64,000 nt of DNA, taken from assembly GCA_944371905.1 (NCBI GenBank), contig CALVYA010000004.1, positions 9,078 to 73,077 on the forward strand, read 5' to 3'. The first letter of the stretch is position 1, and the number at the start of each line of letters is the position of its first letter. Source of the stretch: an uncultured Bacilli bacterium (GTDB lineage: Bacteria; Bacillota_I; Bacilli_A; RF39; UBA660). Shown piece by piece: positions 31,593 to 41,608 of the stretch. Below the pieces are notes generated by a model. The model was not told where the DNA came from, searched no databases, and was given only the letters and a program-made list of their open reading frames with translations. The translations under genes and the position numbers were made by a program.

Positions 31593-33383
31593 TTAATCCA
31601 TTGCTCTTTTAAATAATTTTTCTAGTTCATATTTAGAATAAGATATAATCGTTGGTCTTCCATGAGGACAAGTAAATGGATTCTCAGTTTTTCTTAAAGT
31701 ATCCAATAAATATTCCATATCTGCAAGACTAATATGATCGTTTGCTTTAATACTCATTTTACAAGCAAGAGTAATTGCTACTTTTTCTGTAAATTTATAG
31801 CTATCAAAGCTTTCTTTAGAAATAATAATATCAATAATCTTTCTAATAGCTTCCTCTACATTACCACTTGGTAACCAAAAAGGATGACTTCGAATTAATA
31901 TAGCATTATTACCAAATTCCTCTACTACAAAATTTAATTCTTCTAATAAATTCATATGTTCTTTTAAAATAATAAAATCATTGGTTGGTAATTCAATTCT
32001 AATAGGAATTAATAAATCTATCATTTTATTATCATGGCTTCCCATAGCTTTTAAATATTTTTCATAATTAATTCTCTCATTAGCTGCATGCTGATCGATC
32101 ATATACATTCCATCTTCGTTTTCCGCAATAATATAAGTCCCATGGACTAATCCTACAGGATACATTTTTTTTACTCTTTCGGTACTATTGGTATCATTAT
32201 TGTAAGATATTTCGTTATTATTTTCACTAACTTCAAAATCAAATGATAATTCTTCTATCTCTTTATTTGATTGATCAAAAGAATCCTTATCATCGTGAGA
32301 ATCCATATAGTTATCAATGATTTTAGTTAAATCTATCTTACTAGGTTGCATAGAAATACTTTCTGGTTTTTCTTTTGAAGATTCTATTTTAGGAATCAAA
32401 GTAAGTTGTTCTAATTTGGAACTAATCACTTTATGAATTAATTCTTTCAATACATCAAAAGAAGAAAATTTAATATCCATTTTTGTCGGATGAATATTTA
32501 CATCTATTAAATACGGATCAGCTTCAATATTTAAAATTATAATTGGATATTTTCCTTCATGAATATAAGTATGATAACTATCTAATATACATTTATTTAA
32601 GTCATTATTACGAATAATTCTACCATTTACTAACGTAGTAATTACGGATCTAGTAGATCTTGTCACTTCGGGATAAGAAATATATCCTTCTACCTTATAG
32701 TCTCTATTTTCACCTTCTATTTTGATCATTTTCTTACTAACATCTAGTCCATAAATATTATAAATGACTTTTAATAGATTCCCAGAACCATCTGTATTTA
32801 GTAAAACCTTTTCATTATTAGTTAAAGTAAATTTAATCTTAGGAAAAGATAAAGCCATTTTATTTACGTATTCCACAATATTAGATAACTCTATATATAA
32901 ATTTTTTAAGTATTTTAATCTAACTGGAGTATTGTAAAATAAATCCTTTACTGTTATTCTAGTACCTTGCTTTAAATCGCTATTATTTACACTTTCAATA
33001 TTTCCACCATGAATCACGACTTCTGTTCCTGTTTTTCCATCACTAGTTTTTAAGGTAACACGACTAACAGATGCGATCGATGGTAATGCTTCTCCACGAA
33101 ATCCTAAACTTTCTATATTAAACAAGTCTTCTAGATCTTTTAATTTACTAGTAGCATGTCTAGAAAACGCAAGAGTAGCATCATTTCTATCCATCCCAAT
33201 CCCATCATCTGTAACTGTAATCTCTTTTACTCCACTATCTACTAAATCAATTTTAATAGAACTACTTTTAGCATCAATAGAATTTTCTACTAATTCTTTT
33301 ACTACATTCATTGTTTTCTCAACAACTTCTCCAGCAGCAATTTTATTAGCTAAATTTTCATCCATTACTTTTATTTTACTCAT
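31593..33383 (-). CDS. mutL: DNA mismatch repair protein MutL
   Basis: IAAGEVVE, KELVENSIDA, GFRGEALPSI, DVNIHPTK, DQHAANER, ACKMSIK, CPHGRP. Confidence 0.97.
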   Translation of the reverse strand: MSKIKVMDENLANKIAAGEVVEKTMNVVKELVENSIDAKSSSIKIDLVDSGVKEITVTDDGIGMDRNDATLAFSRHATSKLKDLEDLFNIESLGFRGEALPSIASVSRVTLKTSDGKTGTEVVIHGGNIESVNNSDLKQGTRITVKDLFYNTPVRLKYLKNLYIELSNIVEYVNKMALSFPKIKFTLTNNEKVLLNTDGSGNLLKVIYNIYGLDVSKKMIKIEGENRDYKVEGYISYPEVTRSTRSVITTLVNGRIIRNNDLNKCILDSYHTYIHEGKYPIIILNIEADPYLIDVNIHPTKMDIKFSSFDVLKELIHKVISSKLEQLTLIPKIESSKEKPESISMQPSKIDLTKIIDNYMDSHDDKDSFDQSNKEIEELSFDFEVSENNNEISYNNDTNSTERVKKMYPVGLVHGTYIIAENEDGMYMIDQHAANERINYEKYLKAMGSHDNKMIDLLIPIRIELPTNDFIILKEHMNLLEELNFVVEEFGNNAILIRSHPFWLPSGNVEEAIRKIIDIIISKESFDSYKFTEKVAITLACKMSIKANDHISLADMEYLLDTLRKTENPFTCPHGRPTIISYSKYELEKLFKRAMD

Positions 33384-33413
33384 ATCAAAACCCTTTACTA
33401 CTACTTTTTCTTA

Positions 33414-33776
33414 TTAATCTGTATCCATATCAATATAAGATTTACCATTTGTCGGATCTACATAATAAATAATTTCGCTATCATCTACTATATTAGTAAC
33501 AATAACTTTATAAAAACTATCTTCTGTTACTTCATATCTAAACTCATAATTATCACTACCGAAGTTTTCTTTTACGATTTCAATCGCTTGTTCTCCTGTC
33601 ATATCAGTAGCTTCTTCTAATTGATCTTCTCTTTGCTCTTCTTGTTCTTCTTTTGTAGGAGTATCCTTACCTTCCTCTTCTTTCGCTAAATTAATAATAA
33701 TTACTCCTGCAATAATTAAAAGAAGTGCTACTGCAATAGCAATGATTAAACGTAAATTATTCTTAATAAATTTCAT
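33414..33776 (-). CDS. Membrane-anchored small protein, PepSY-like
   Basis: N-terminal TM; EQAIEIVK...YYVDPTNGK pattern. Confidence 0.55.
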   Translation of the reverse strand: MKFIKNNLRLIIAIAVALLLIIAGVIIINLAKEEEGKDTPTKEEQEEQREDQLEEATDMTGEQAIEIVKENFGSDNYEFRYEVTEDSFYKVIVTNIVDDSEIIYYVDPTNGKSYIDMDTD

Positions 33777-33829
33777 ATCTTACACCTTCCTATAATAAGT
33801 ATTATAACCCCTTTTTGATTTTAAGTAAA

Positions 33830-35617
33830 TTAATTTTCTAAATCTTGTAAGTATTGATATAAATTACTAGCAACCTCTTTATTTAATACCTTTTCTAGGT
33901 CTTCTTGGGATGCTTCCTTCATTTTCTTTAAAGATCCAAAAGTTCTTAACAATTCTTTTTTTCTTTTTTCTCCAATTCCTGGAACAAAATCTAAAATACT
34001 AGACAACATTCCCTTACTTTTAATATTTCTATGGTAACTAATAGCGAAACGATGTACTTCATCTTGTACTTTTGTTAAGAAAAGAAACAAATTACTTTTA
34101 TTATTCATTTCTATCGTTACCAGATCTTCATTAATAATACTACTAGTACGATGTTTATCATCTTTTTTTAATCCGATAATAGGAATTTTTAAATTTAAAG
34201 AATCTAATACTTCTTTTACTACTTTTACTTGTAACTCTCCTCCATCAATTACAATTAAAGAAGGCGCTAGTTCTTCTTCCATTAAAACTTTATAATAACG
34301 TCTATAAATTACTTCTTTCATTGCACTTAAATCATCTTTTACCGTAGTACTAATTTTATATTTTCGATATAAATCTTTATTAGGGATAAACTCATCAAAA
34401 ACTACCATAGCACCTACATAAAATGTCCCAAATAAATGAGAGTTATCAAAAGCTTCAATTCTTGTAATATTGTCTATATGCAATGCTTCTTCTAATTCTT
34501 TTTTGGCCTGTAACCTTGCTTCATCATTTTTCTTTAAAATCTCTTCTTTTTCTGTAAGCGCTACTTTGGCATTATCGTTAGCTAATAACAATAACTTTTT
34601 TATATCTCCTTTTTTAGGAACTAAGACTTTAACATGTAAGTATTGTTCTAATAATTCGCTATTTATATTTTCATTTATAACGATTTCGTTTGGTAACAAG
34701 TGATCTTTTTCATAAAATTTAATAATATACTCCATGATTTCTTCCGCTTCATCATCTAAAGTAGTAATAATATCTTTATGACGCCCAAATAAAAGTCCAT
34801 CTCTAATAAAAAAGACTTGAGTAGATAAATAATTATTATTTTTATAAAAACCAAATAAATCAAAATTGTATTTACGATTTAAATCAATTTTTTGACGTTT
34901 TAAAGTAATTTCGATATCTTCTAACATACTTTTTAGTTCCTTAGCTTTTTCAAAATTAAGGGATTCACTAGCTTTATACATATCTTCTTCTATCTTTTTA
35001 GTAATAATACTAGCATCTCCTTTTAAAAAGGAAATGATCTCTTCTTTCATTTTATTAATTTCTTCTTTATCAATATTATGGTATTTACAATATCCTAAGC
35101 ATTCTCCTAAATGATAGTAAAGACAAACATCCTTTTTTAAATTAGCACATTTACGCAAAGGATAAATACGATTAATGATTTCTACTGTTCTTCTTGCGGC
35201 ATTCACATTAGGATAAGGTCCAAATAAATGATTTTTATTTCGCTTACGATTTACATTTCTTACTACTTTTACTGTTGGATATTTATCGTTTGTAAGTTCA
35301 ATATAAGGATAACTTTTATCATCTTTTAACAAGATATTATATTTAGGGTTATATTTCTTAATTAGTGTTATTTCTAATATTAAAGATTCTAATTCAGAAG
35401 ATGTGACAATATATTCGAATGTAACAATATCATTTACTAGCATAGCGGTTTTACCCGTAACTGTTCCTGTAAAATAACTTTTTAATCTATTCTTTAAATT
35501 TTTAGCCTTACCAACATAAATAATAATACCATCTTTGTTTTTCATTTGATAACATCCAGGTAACGTAGGAACTAAAGATAGTTTTTCTTTAATATGTTTT
35601 TTTATCTCACTATTCAT
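33830..35617 (-). CDS. uvrC: Excinuclease ABC subunit C
   Basis: GIY-YIG PGCYQM..YVGKAKNL, LKDDKSYPY, EAFDNSH, IDGG, QDEVHRFA, HhH. Confidence 0.97.
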   Translation of the reverse strand: MNSEIKKHIKEKLSLVPTLPGCYQMKNKDGIIIYVGKAKNLKNRLKSYFTGTVTGKTAMLVNDIVTFEYIVTSSELESLILEITLIKKYNPKYNILLKDDKSYPYIELTNDKYPTVKVVRNVNRKRNKNHLFGPYPNVNAARRTVEIINRIYPLRKCANLKKDVCLYYHLGECLGYCKYHNIDKEEINKMKEEIISFLKGDASIITKKIEEDMYKASESLNFEKAKELKSMLEDIEITLKRQKIDLNRKYNFDLFGFYKNNNYLSTQVFFIRDGLLFGRHKDIITTLDDEAEEIMEYIIKFYEKDHLLPNEIVINENINSELLEQYLHVKVLVPKKGDIKKLLLLANDNAKVALTEKEEILKKNDEARLQAKKELEEALHIDNITRIEAFDNSHLFGTFYVGAMVVFDEFIPNKDLYRKYKISTTVKDDLSAMKEVIYRRYYKVLMEEELAPSLIVIDGGELQVKVVKEVLDSLNLKIPIIGLKKDDKHRTSSIINEDLVTIEMNNKSNLFLFLTKVQDEVHRFAISYHRNIKSKGMLSSILDFVPGIGEKRKKELLRTFGSLKKMKEASQEDLEKVLNKEVASNLYQYLQDLEN

Positions 35618-35693
35618 AAGAATCACCGATACTATTATAGCATATCTACTAGCAGGAAAGCCAATAATAAGTTATAATAATAGAGGTGATTTT

Positions 35694-36269
35694 ATGTACA
35701 CAATTAAAAATAATGTAAGAAAAGAAATAGAGATTAAAAAATCAAGATTTATTACTGTTCTTTATCAACTTAATAAAGTAGAAGAAGTAATACCTCTTTT
35801 ATTACAAATAAAAGAAGAATATAAAGATGCTACGCATTATTGTTATGCTTATATTATAAATGAAAATAAAAAATCTAGTGATGATAATGAACCAAGTGGT
35901 ACAGCTGGAATGCCTATTTTACAAGTATTAGAGAAAAATAATTTAAATTATGTTTTGTGTATTGTAATTAGATACTTTGGAGGAATCAAACTAGGGGCTG
36001 GAGGATTAGTAAGAGCCTATACTAAATCCGCAACTGAAGCATTAAAAGAAACAGAAAAAATAAAACTAGTTCCAGGATATGAAATAGAAATTAAAATTCC
36101 TTATCATGAGCAAAAAAGATTAGATTATATATTAAAAGAATATAAATTTACTAAAAATTTTAATAATAAGGTCACCTATAAAATATTAATACCCAAAGAA
36201 GAAATAAACAGATTAAACGAATTTAACCCTAAAATAATACAAGAAACACAAATAGAAAAAGAGAATTAA
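35694..36269 (+). CDS. yigZ: IMPACT/YigZ family protein
   Basis: IKKSRFI, DATHYCYAY, SDDNEPSGTAG, RYFGGIKLGAGGLVRAY. Confidence 0.92.
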   Translation: MYTIKNNVRKEIEIKKSRFITVLYQLNKVEEVIPLLLQIKEEYKDATHYCYAYIINENKKSSDDNEPSGTAGMPILQVLEKNNLNYVLCIVIRYFGGIKLGAGGLVRAYTKSATEALKETEKIKLVPGYEIEIKIPYHEQKRLDYILKEYKFTKNFNNKVTYKILIPKEEINRLNEFNPKIIQETQIEKEN

Positions 36270-36284
36270 TCAAAATTCTCTTTT

Positions 36285-36590
36285 TTAGTCAAACCAACGC
36301 ATTAACACTTCTTTAGGAACAAATCCTATTTGTTTTTTATCTATTACTCCATCTTTAAATAGAATAATAGTAGGAATCGACATAATACCATATGCTTTAG
36401 CAATATCTTCTCGCTCATCTACATTCACTTTTAATACTTTCACATCTTTTAATTCATTACTTACTTCTTCAATAATAGGTCCTACCATACGACAAGGACC
36501 ACACCAATCTGCATAAAAGTCTACTAAAACAGTACCACTTTTAATTTCTTCCTTGAAATCTTCCTTTGTTAAATGTTTTACCATACTCAT
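36285..36590 (-). CDS. trxA: Thioredoxin
   Basis: DFYADWCGPC, SIPT. Confidence 0.96.
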   Translation of the reverse strand: MSMVKHLTKEDFKEEIKSGTVLVDFYADWCGPCRMVGPIIEEVSNELKDVKVLKVNVDEREDIAKAYGIMSIPTIILFKDGVIDKKQIGFVPKEVLMRWFD

Positions 36591-36594
36591 TCTC

Positions 36595-37302
36595 CTATCT
36601 ATATTTATTTAATATTGAGTCAATACCAGGAACTCTTATTTTCCCATGATCAACTAATTTCTCAACATATTTTACTGTAATCATCTTATGTTCTAACATA
36701 ATATCGATGGCTTCTCTATTAAATCCATCAGGATCATTTTCATATCTATTATCTTCTATCAAATGATAAACATCCGTAACAGTATCATCTACACTAGAGA
36801 TAACTTCATTTAAAACAGGAGTATCTAAAATGCGATCTTTAAATTTAGAGCCTTCCATAATACCTACATCTAACATAGGTTGGTTTAAAATAAACACTAC
36901 GATAAAAGCAATAATATATCCTTCTATAGCCCCAACAATAGCTCCTAATATTTTAGAAGGAATTCCTAAAATAATAGTAAATTTCAATATTTTCTCAACA
37001 AATCCTGTAGCACTTAATATTAATCTAAAAATAACCATAATTAAACTAAAGACCAATAAAAATGCTAATAATTGATAAAGAATAATATTTAATACTGTAA
37101 CTCCTTCAATCGCTCCACCAAATTTAAAAAATGGCAAATAAGGACTAAGAAAATCAGCAACTGGATTTTTTAAATAAAAAGATATAATAAAAACTAATAA
37201 GAATCCTACCGTCATTACTAATTCATTTAAAACTCCTCGCTTAAATCCTACTACTGCTGCACATAAAATGATTAAAATAATAACTACATCTATAATATTC
37301 AT
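36595..37302 (-). CDS. cvpA: CvpA (colicin V production) family membrane protein
   Basis: MNIIDVVIIL..GFKRG, ILGAIVGAIEG; downstream of mutS. Confidence 0.8.
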   Translation of the reverse strand: MNIIDVVIILIILCAAVVGFKRGVLNELVMTVGFLLVFIISFYLKNPVADFLSPYLPFFKFGGAIEGVTVLNIILYQLLAFLLVFSLIMVIFRLILSATGFVEKILKFTIILGIPSKILGAIVGAIEGYIIAFIVVFILNQPMLDVGIMEGSKFKDRILDTPVLNEVISSVDDTVTDVYHLIEDNRYENDPDGFNREAIDIMLEHKMITVKYVEKLVDHGKIRVPGIDSILNKYR

Positions 37303-37366
37303 ATACTTCCTCCTTATTATAGTATAATCAAATTATAACGATATATTAAAAAATAGTCAATTAAGT

Positions 37367-39916
37367 TTACTCTTTCTCTTTGATACTATTTTTTAATTCG
37401 TATAAGAAGTTCAACGCTTCTATTGGTGTCATTTCTAATGGATTTATTTCTTTTATTTTTTCTTCTAAATAATTAGGTTCTTCCTCTTTTTCATTAGTAT
37501 CTAAAAAAAGTGAAGTTTGAACAAAGGATTGTTTTTTATTATTTTTATTTTCATAAATTGCTAAAATTTCGTTAGCACGTTCAATTAATGAATGTGGTAA
37601 TTTAGCTAGTGATGCTACATGAATACCATAACTTTTATCTACAGAACCTGATTTTATTTTATGTAAAAATGTTATTTTCCCATCCTCTTCGATAGCACTT
37701 ACATGAACATTTCTTAAATTAGATAAATCAGCAGATAAACTAGTTAATTCATGATAATGTGTAGAAAATAATGTTTTAGCTTTTATTTTATCATGAATAT
37801 ATTCCAAAATAGCTTGTGCTAGACTCATTCCATCATAAGTAGCAGTACCTCGTCCTAATTCATCAAATAAAATTAAACTATTAGGAGTGGCTTCTTGAAT
37901 AGCATAATTAGCTTCTTTCATTTCAACCATAAAGGTAGATTCTCCACTAACCAAATCATCGCTTGCTCCAATTCTAGTAAATATTTTATCAAAAATAGGA
38001 ATCGTACAACTCTTAGCCGGAACAAAAGAACCAATTTGAGCCATAATTACCGTAATAGCAAGTTGTCTCATATAAGTAGATTTACCAGCCATATTAGGCC
38101 CTGTAATTAATAAAATATCAATACCAGATCCCATAATAACATCATTGGGTACATAAGTAGATTTACTAACTTTTTCTACTACTGGATGACGTCCTTCTTT
38201 AATACAAACATTACGATCAGTAGTAATAATAGGTCTTACATAATTATTTTCTTCACTAACAGTAGCAAGAGAAGCCATCATATCCACTTCTGCTAATACT
38301 TTAGATACCCTTTGAATTTTACCAATAAATTCTTTTACATAAGATCTTATTTCCATAAATAATTTATATTCTAAATTAATAATTTTCTCTTCTGCCCCTA
38401 AGATAATATTTTCTTTTTCTTTTAAAAGTGGAGTAATAAATCTCTCGCAGTTAGCTAAAGTTTGTTTACGATCATAACCATATTCTTCTTTAATTAATGG
38501 AATATTGCTTTTAGATACTTCTATATAGTAACCAAATACCTTATTAAATCCAACTTTCAAATTTTTAATACCGGTACGTTCTCTTTCATCTTGTTCAATT
38601 TTTAAAATAAAGTCTTTAGAACCACTACTAATACTTTTTAATTCATCTAGTTCCACAGAATAGCCATCTTTAATTAAGGATCCCTCTTTTATGGTAATAG
38701 GTGCATCTTCATTAATAGATCTTTCTAATAAATCGTATACATCATCTAAAGTATCGATTGTTTTTGGATATTTAATTTCTTCTAAAATCCTTTTGATATC
38801 TGGTAACACTTTTAAACTATTTTTTAATTGTAATAAATCTCTTGCATTTAAATTACCATAGCTAATACGCCCGGCTAATCGTTCTAAATCATATACCTCG
38901 TTTAAATTTCTAGTTAATTCTTCTTTCAAAATAAACTCGGTAAGGAGTGTTTCAATAATGTCGTATCGTTTATTAATTTCATTAATATCAGTAAGTGGAT
39001 TTTCAATATTAGTTCTTAAAAACCTACTTCCCATTGCTGTTTTTGTTTTATCTAGTAACCATAATAAAGAATATGTTTTTTCTCCTAAACGGATAGTTTC
39101 AGTTAACTCTAAGTTTTTCTTAGTATGAACATCAAAAGTTAAGTATTTATGTATGTCTATTACTTCTACTTCTTGTAAATGAGATAAATCTCCCTTTTTG
39201 GTTTCAATAATATATTGTAATAAATGTTTAATCGTTGTAACTAATCTAATATCTTGGATGTTTTTATATAAATAATGATAATTTTCTAATTCACATATAT
39301 CATCCGTAATTGTTACTAAAATTTGATAATTATCTCTTAATATACTAATAATTTCTCTATTTATTTTATCGTTGACAATGACTTCTAATATATTTCTATT
39401 TACTATTTCTTTTATTAATTTATTTTGATCATGTTCTATTATTAACGCATAAAAATATCCTGTAGTAATATCTGCATAACTTATTCCATAGCAATATTCA
39501 AAATCATAAATATTACCAACATAACTATTATCTTTTTCGTTTAATGTATTATCGATCCTAGTTCCTTTAGTAACTACTTGAATCACATCACGTTCTACCA
39601 TTCCTTTAGAGTCTTTTGGGTCCGTTAACTGTTCACAGATAGCTACTTTATATCCTTTATCAATTAATTTATTTAAATATCCAACATAAGAGTGATAGGG
39701 AATCCCACACATAGGAACTCTCTCATCAAGGCCTGCATTTCTACCCGTTAAAGCAAGTTCTAGTTCTCTACTACAAATAACAGCATCTTCAAAAAACATT
39801 TCATAAAAGTCTCCAAGACGAAAAAAGATAATGGTATCATTATATTTATCCTTAATATCTAAATATTGTTGCATCATAGGACTTAATTTTGTTCTATCTA
39901 CTTCACTTCGTTTCAT
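37367..39916 (-). CDS. mutS: DNA mismatch repair protein MutS
   Basis: LSPMMQQY, FRLGDFYEMF, TGPNMAGKST, GESTFMVEM, DELGRGT, THYHEL, KSYGIHVA. Confidence 0.97.
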   Translation of the reverse strand: MKRSEVDRTKLSPMMQQYLDIKDKYNDTIIFFRLGDFYEMFFEDAVICSRELELALTGRNAGLDERVPMCGIPYHSYVGYLNKLIDKGYKVAICEQLTDPKDSKGMVERDVIQVVTKGTRIDNTLNEKDNSYVGNIYDFEYCYGISYADITTGYFYALIIEHDQNKLIKEIVNRNILEVIVNDKINREIISILRDNYQILVTITDDICELENYHYLYKNIQDIRLVTTIKHLLQYIIETKKGDLSHLQEVEVIDIHKYLTFDVHTKKNLELTETIRLGEKTYSLLWLLDKTKTAMGSRFLRTNIENPLTDINEINKRYDIIETLLTEFILKEELTRNLNEVYDLERLAGRISYGNLNARDLLQLKNSLKVLPDIKRILEEIKYPKTIDTLDDVYDLLERSINEDAPITIKEGSLIKDGYSVELDELKSISSGSKDFILKIEQDERERTGIKNLKVGFNKVFGYYIEVSKSNIPLIKEEYGYDRKQTLANCERFITPLLKEKENIILGAEEKIINLEYKLFMEIRSYVKEFIGKIQRVSKVLAEVDMMASLATVSEENNYVRPIITTDRNVCIKEGRHPVVEKVSKSTYVPNDVIMGSGIDILLITGPNMAGKSTYMRQLAITVIMAQIGSFVPAKSCTIPIFDKIFTRIGASDDLVSGESTFMVEMKEANYAIQEATPNSLILFDELGRGTATYDGMSLAQAILEYIHDKIKAKTLFSTHYHELTSLSADLSNLRNVHVSAIEEDGKITFLHKIKSGSVDKSYGIHVASLAKLPHSLIERANEILAIYENKNNKKQSFVQTSLFLDTNEKEEEPNYLEEKIKEINPLEMTPIEALNFLYELKNSIKEKE

Positions 39917-40009
39917 ATACTTCACCTACAAAAGATATTATACCAAAGATGGGTACTTTTTTCTAATAAAAAAAGAATAATTTTTGGTAATATATTCCAA
40001 CATCATTCT

Positions 40010-40067
40010 TTTTATCTTTATTTTTTCTTATTTTTCAATTCCTTTTTTAAAACTGTCCGTTATTCAG
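40010..40067 (-). repeat. Conserved 3' flank shared with paralog 1
   Basis: GAATAACGGACAGTTTTAAAAAAGGAATTGAAAAATAAGAAAAAATAAAGATAAAA (minus strand). Confidence 0.85.
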
Positions 40068-41547
40068 CTAATTGATATGGATTAGAAACAGTTCCATCTC
40101 CTATCAATTGTCCTGCATCAGATTTCAGATTGATGACCGGACGGACACCCCTCGAATAGTTGACGCGGTAGTCGCTGAACAAGCGACCGAAGGAATTGAC
40201 GCCGCCAACGACAGCGTAAGACCCATCGAAGCCGACAGGGGTAAGACCCCAATAGTAATCACCTGTATATAAGTAATAACTTTCATTACTATTAAAAACT
40301 GTTCCCCCTGCATACATTCCTTCATCTAAGGTTATCAATCCTATTGGATACTCTAATGACTTATTCCCTTTTGTACTATTTCTTGTTGTATATAAATCTT
40401 GATTTTGTGGACAACTATATTGTGGTTGATAAGTATTAAATAATCTATTATTTATTTGATAATATGTTTCGTTCTTTCCATATCCTAATCCAGTAGACCC
40501 TTCCAAAGTAGCAATACTTCTATCTCCACAAAATCCACTATCTGCTATGTAACTCGCATAACTTAATAAATTCTCTTCATACCATGTATCTAATACTGTT
40601 TTGATTGTACTATCATTAATATTTGCATGGGTCTCTTCATAGGTGCTACTTCCAGGTGTTCCATACATATATCCTACATACGCATTATCATTATATTCTT
40701 CATTAAATGCACTACTTCCTATCATTGCTTCACTTCCCATTGCATCTGGTGTTGTTCCTTGATAGATAATTCTTAAACTTCCATCTTCATTGATTCTTAT
40801 AATCCTCCAATAGTATCCTGCAAATTTTACATAGTTATTCTCTACTGCTCCTCTATAGTAATATACTGTCTTCCCATCTTCTGTATTTGTGTTCGTATAA
40901 TATAATCCTTTCGTTCCATCTTCTTCACTTGTCTTACTAAAATCTATTTCACTATCATTTTTTACTGTATTATCTTCTAGTATAGAATTAATGAAAGATG
41001 GTCCTTCTATTTCTGGATCACTTGGGGTTATCTCTTGTCCTACATTTTGGGCATAATCAATATTTACTGTTAACTTATTATTTGTCTTTTCTGGTTGACT
41101 TGTTATACTATTATCATAACTTATCTTTATCTTAAATGTCGTACTTTCTTGTTTTAATAAGATATCTCCTATTCTTATATTACTGATTTCAAACTTTATT
41201 GCATCACTTCCAGTCTCACTAGCATTAATATCTTCTATGATGGCATCTAGTGTTCCTTGGTTCTCTACTGTGATTTGATATTCTATTGAGTCTCCCGGCT
41301 TTTGTAAATCTACATCAAATGTGACCGTTGTTCCACTTGCTGTTGGAGTATTATTTATCGTTACTCCATTTGTTTTACTTAACTCTTGAATATTCGTAAA
41401 TACTACTTTCCAATTCGATTCGATACTTGATGTTCCATTGATATTTAATGTTGTACTAAATGCTGCAAATGCTATTGCCATAATACAAATTAAACTACAC
41501 ATCACTCCTATGATTATTTTCTTTTCTCTCATATACTTCTCTTTCAT
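40060..41547 (-). CDS. Secreted TasA-like / CLec-like surface protein, paralog 2; probable DGR target
   Basis: IAFAAFSTTLNINGT signal motif, LQKPGDSIEYQITVENQG domain, C-terminal YW..GVRPVINL domain with GC-rich tip. Confidence 0.8.
   Translation of the reverse strand: MKEKYMREKKIIIGVMCSLICIMAIAFAAFSTTLNINGTSSIESNWKVVFTNIQELSKTNGVTINNTPTASGTTVTFDVDLQKPGDSIEYQITVENQGTLDAIIEDINASETGSDAIKFEISNIRIGDILLKQESTTFKIKISYDNSITSQPEKTNNKLTVNIDYAQNVGQEITPSDPEIEGPSFINSILEDNTVKNDSEIDFSKTSEEDGTKGLYYTNTNTEDGKTVYYYRGAVENNYVKFAGYYWRIIRINEDGSLRIIYQGTTPDAMGSEAMIGSSAFNEEYNDNAYVGYMYGTPGSSTYEETHANINDSTIKTVLDTWYEENLLSYASYIADSGFCGDRSIATLEGSTGLGYGKNETYYQINNRLFNTYQPQYSCPQNQDLYTTRNSTKGNKSLEYPIGLITLDEGMYAGGTVFNSNESYYLYTGDYYWGLTPVGFDGSYAVVGGVNSFGRLFSDYRVNYSRGVRPVINLKSDAGQLIGDGTVSNPYQLAE
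40126..40263 (-). other. Putative DGR variable region (VR) with IMH-like GC core GGTGTCCGTCCGGTCAT
   Basis: 46 consecutive codons with no A at third position, 23 ending in C; 71/120 G+C at 40131-40250 versus AT-rich rest of gene. Confidence 0.75.
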
Positions 41548-41577
41548 ACTCCCTCCGTTATTATTCTTCCTATCCTC

Positions 41578-41608
41578 ATTATACCCCCCCCCCCCAGGAA
41601 TTTTTCAA
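41578..41608 (-). promoter_or_regulatory. Poly-G (G12) spacer promoter of paralog 2
   Basis: Minus strand TTGAAA(41608-41603)-19 nt incl. G12(41595-41584)-TATAAT(41583-41578). Confidence 0.8.

Noticed and set aside
39916-40059. Phase-variable read-through from paralog 2 controlling mutS
   Set aside because: mutS has its own plausible promoter (TTAGAA-N18-TAATAT with TG, 39966-39937); read-through cannot be inferred from sequence.
40072-40325. Short alternative-frame ORFs (40072-40272, 40125-40325) overlapping the paralog 2 3' end
   Set aside because: They arise because the GC-rich VR-like segment is depleted of stop codons; no SD or protein-like features.
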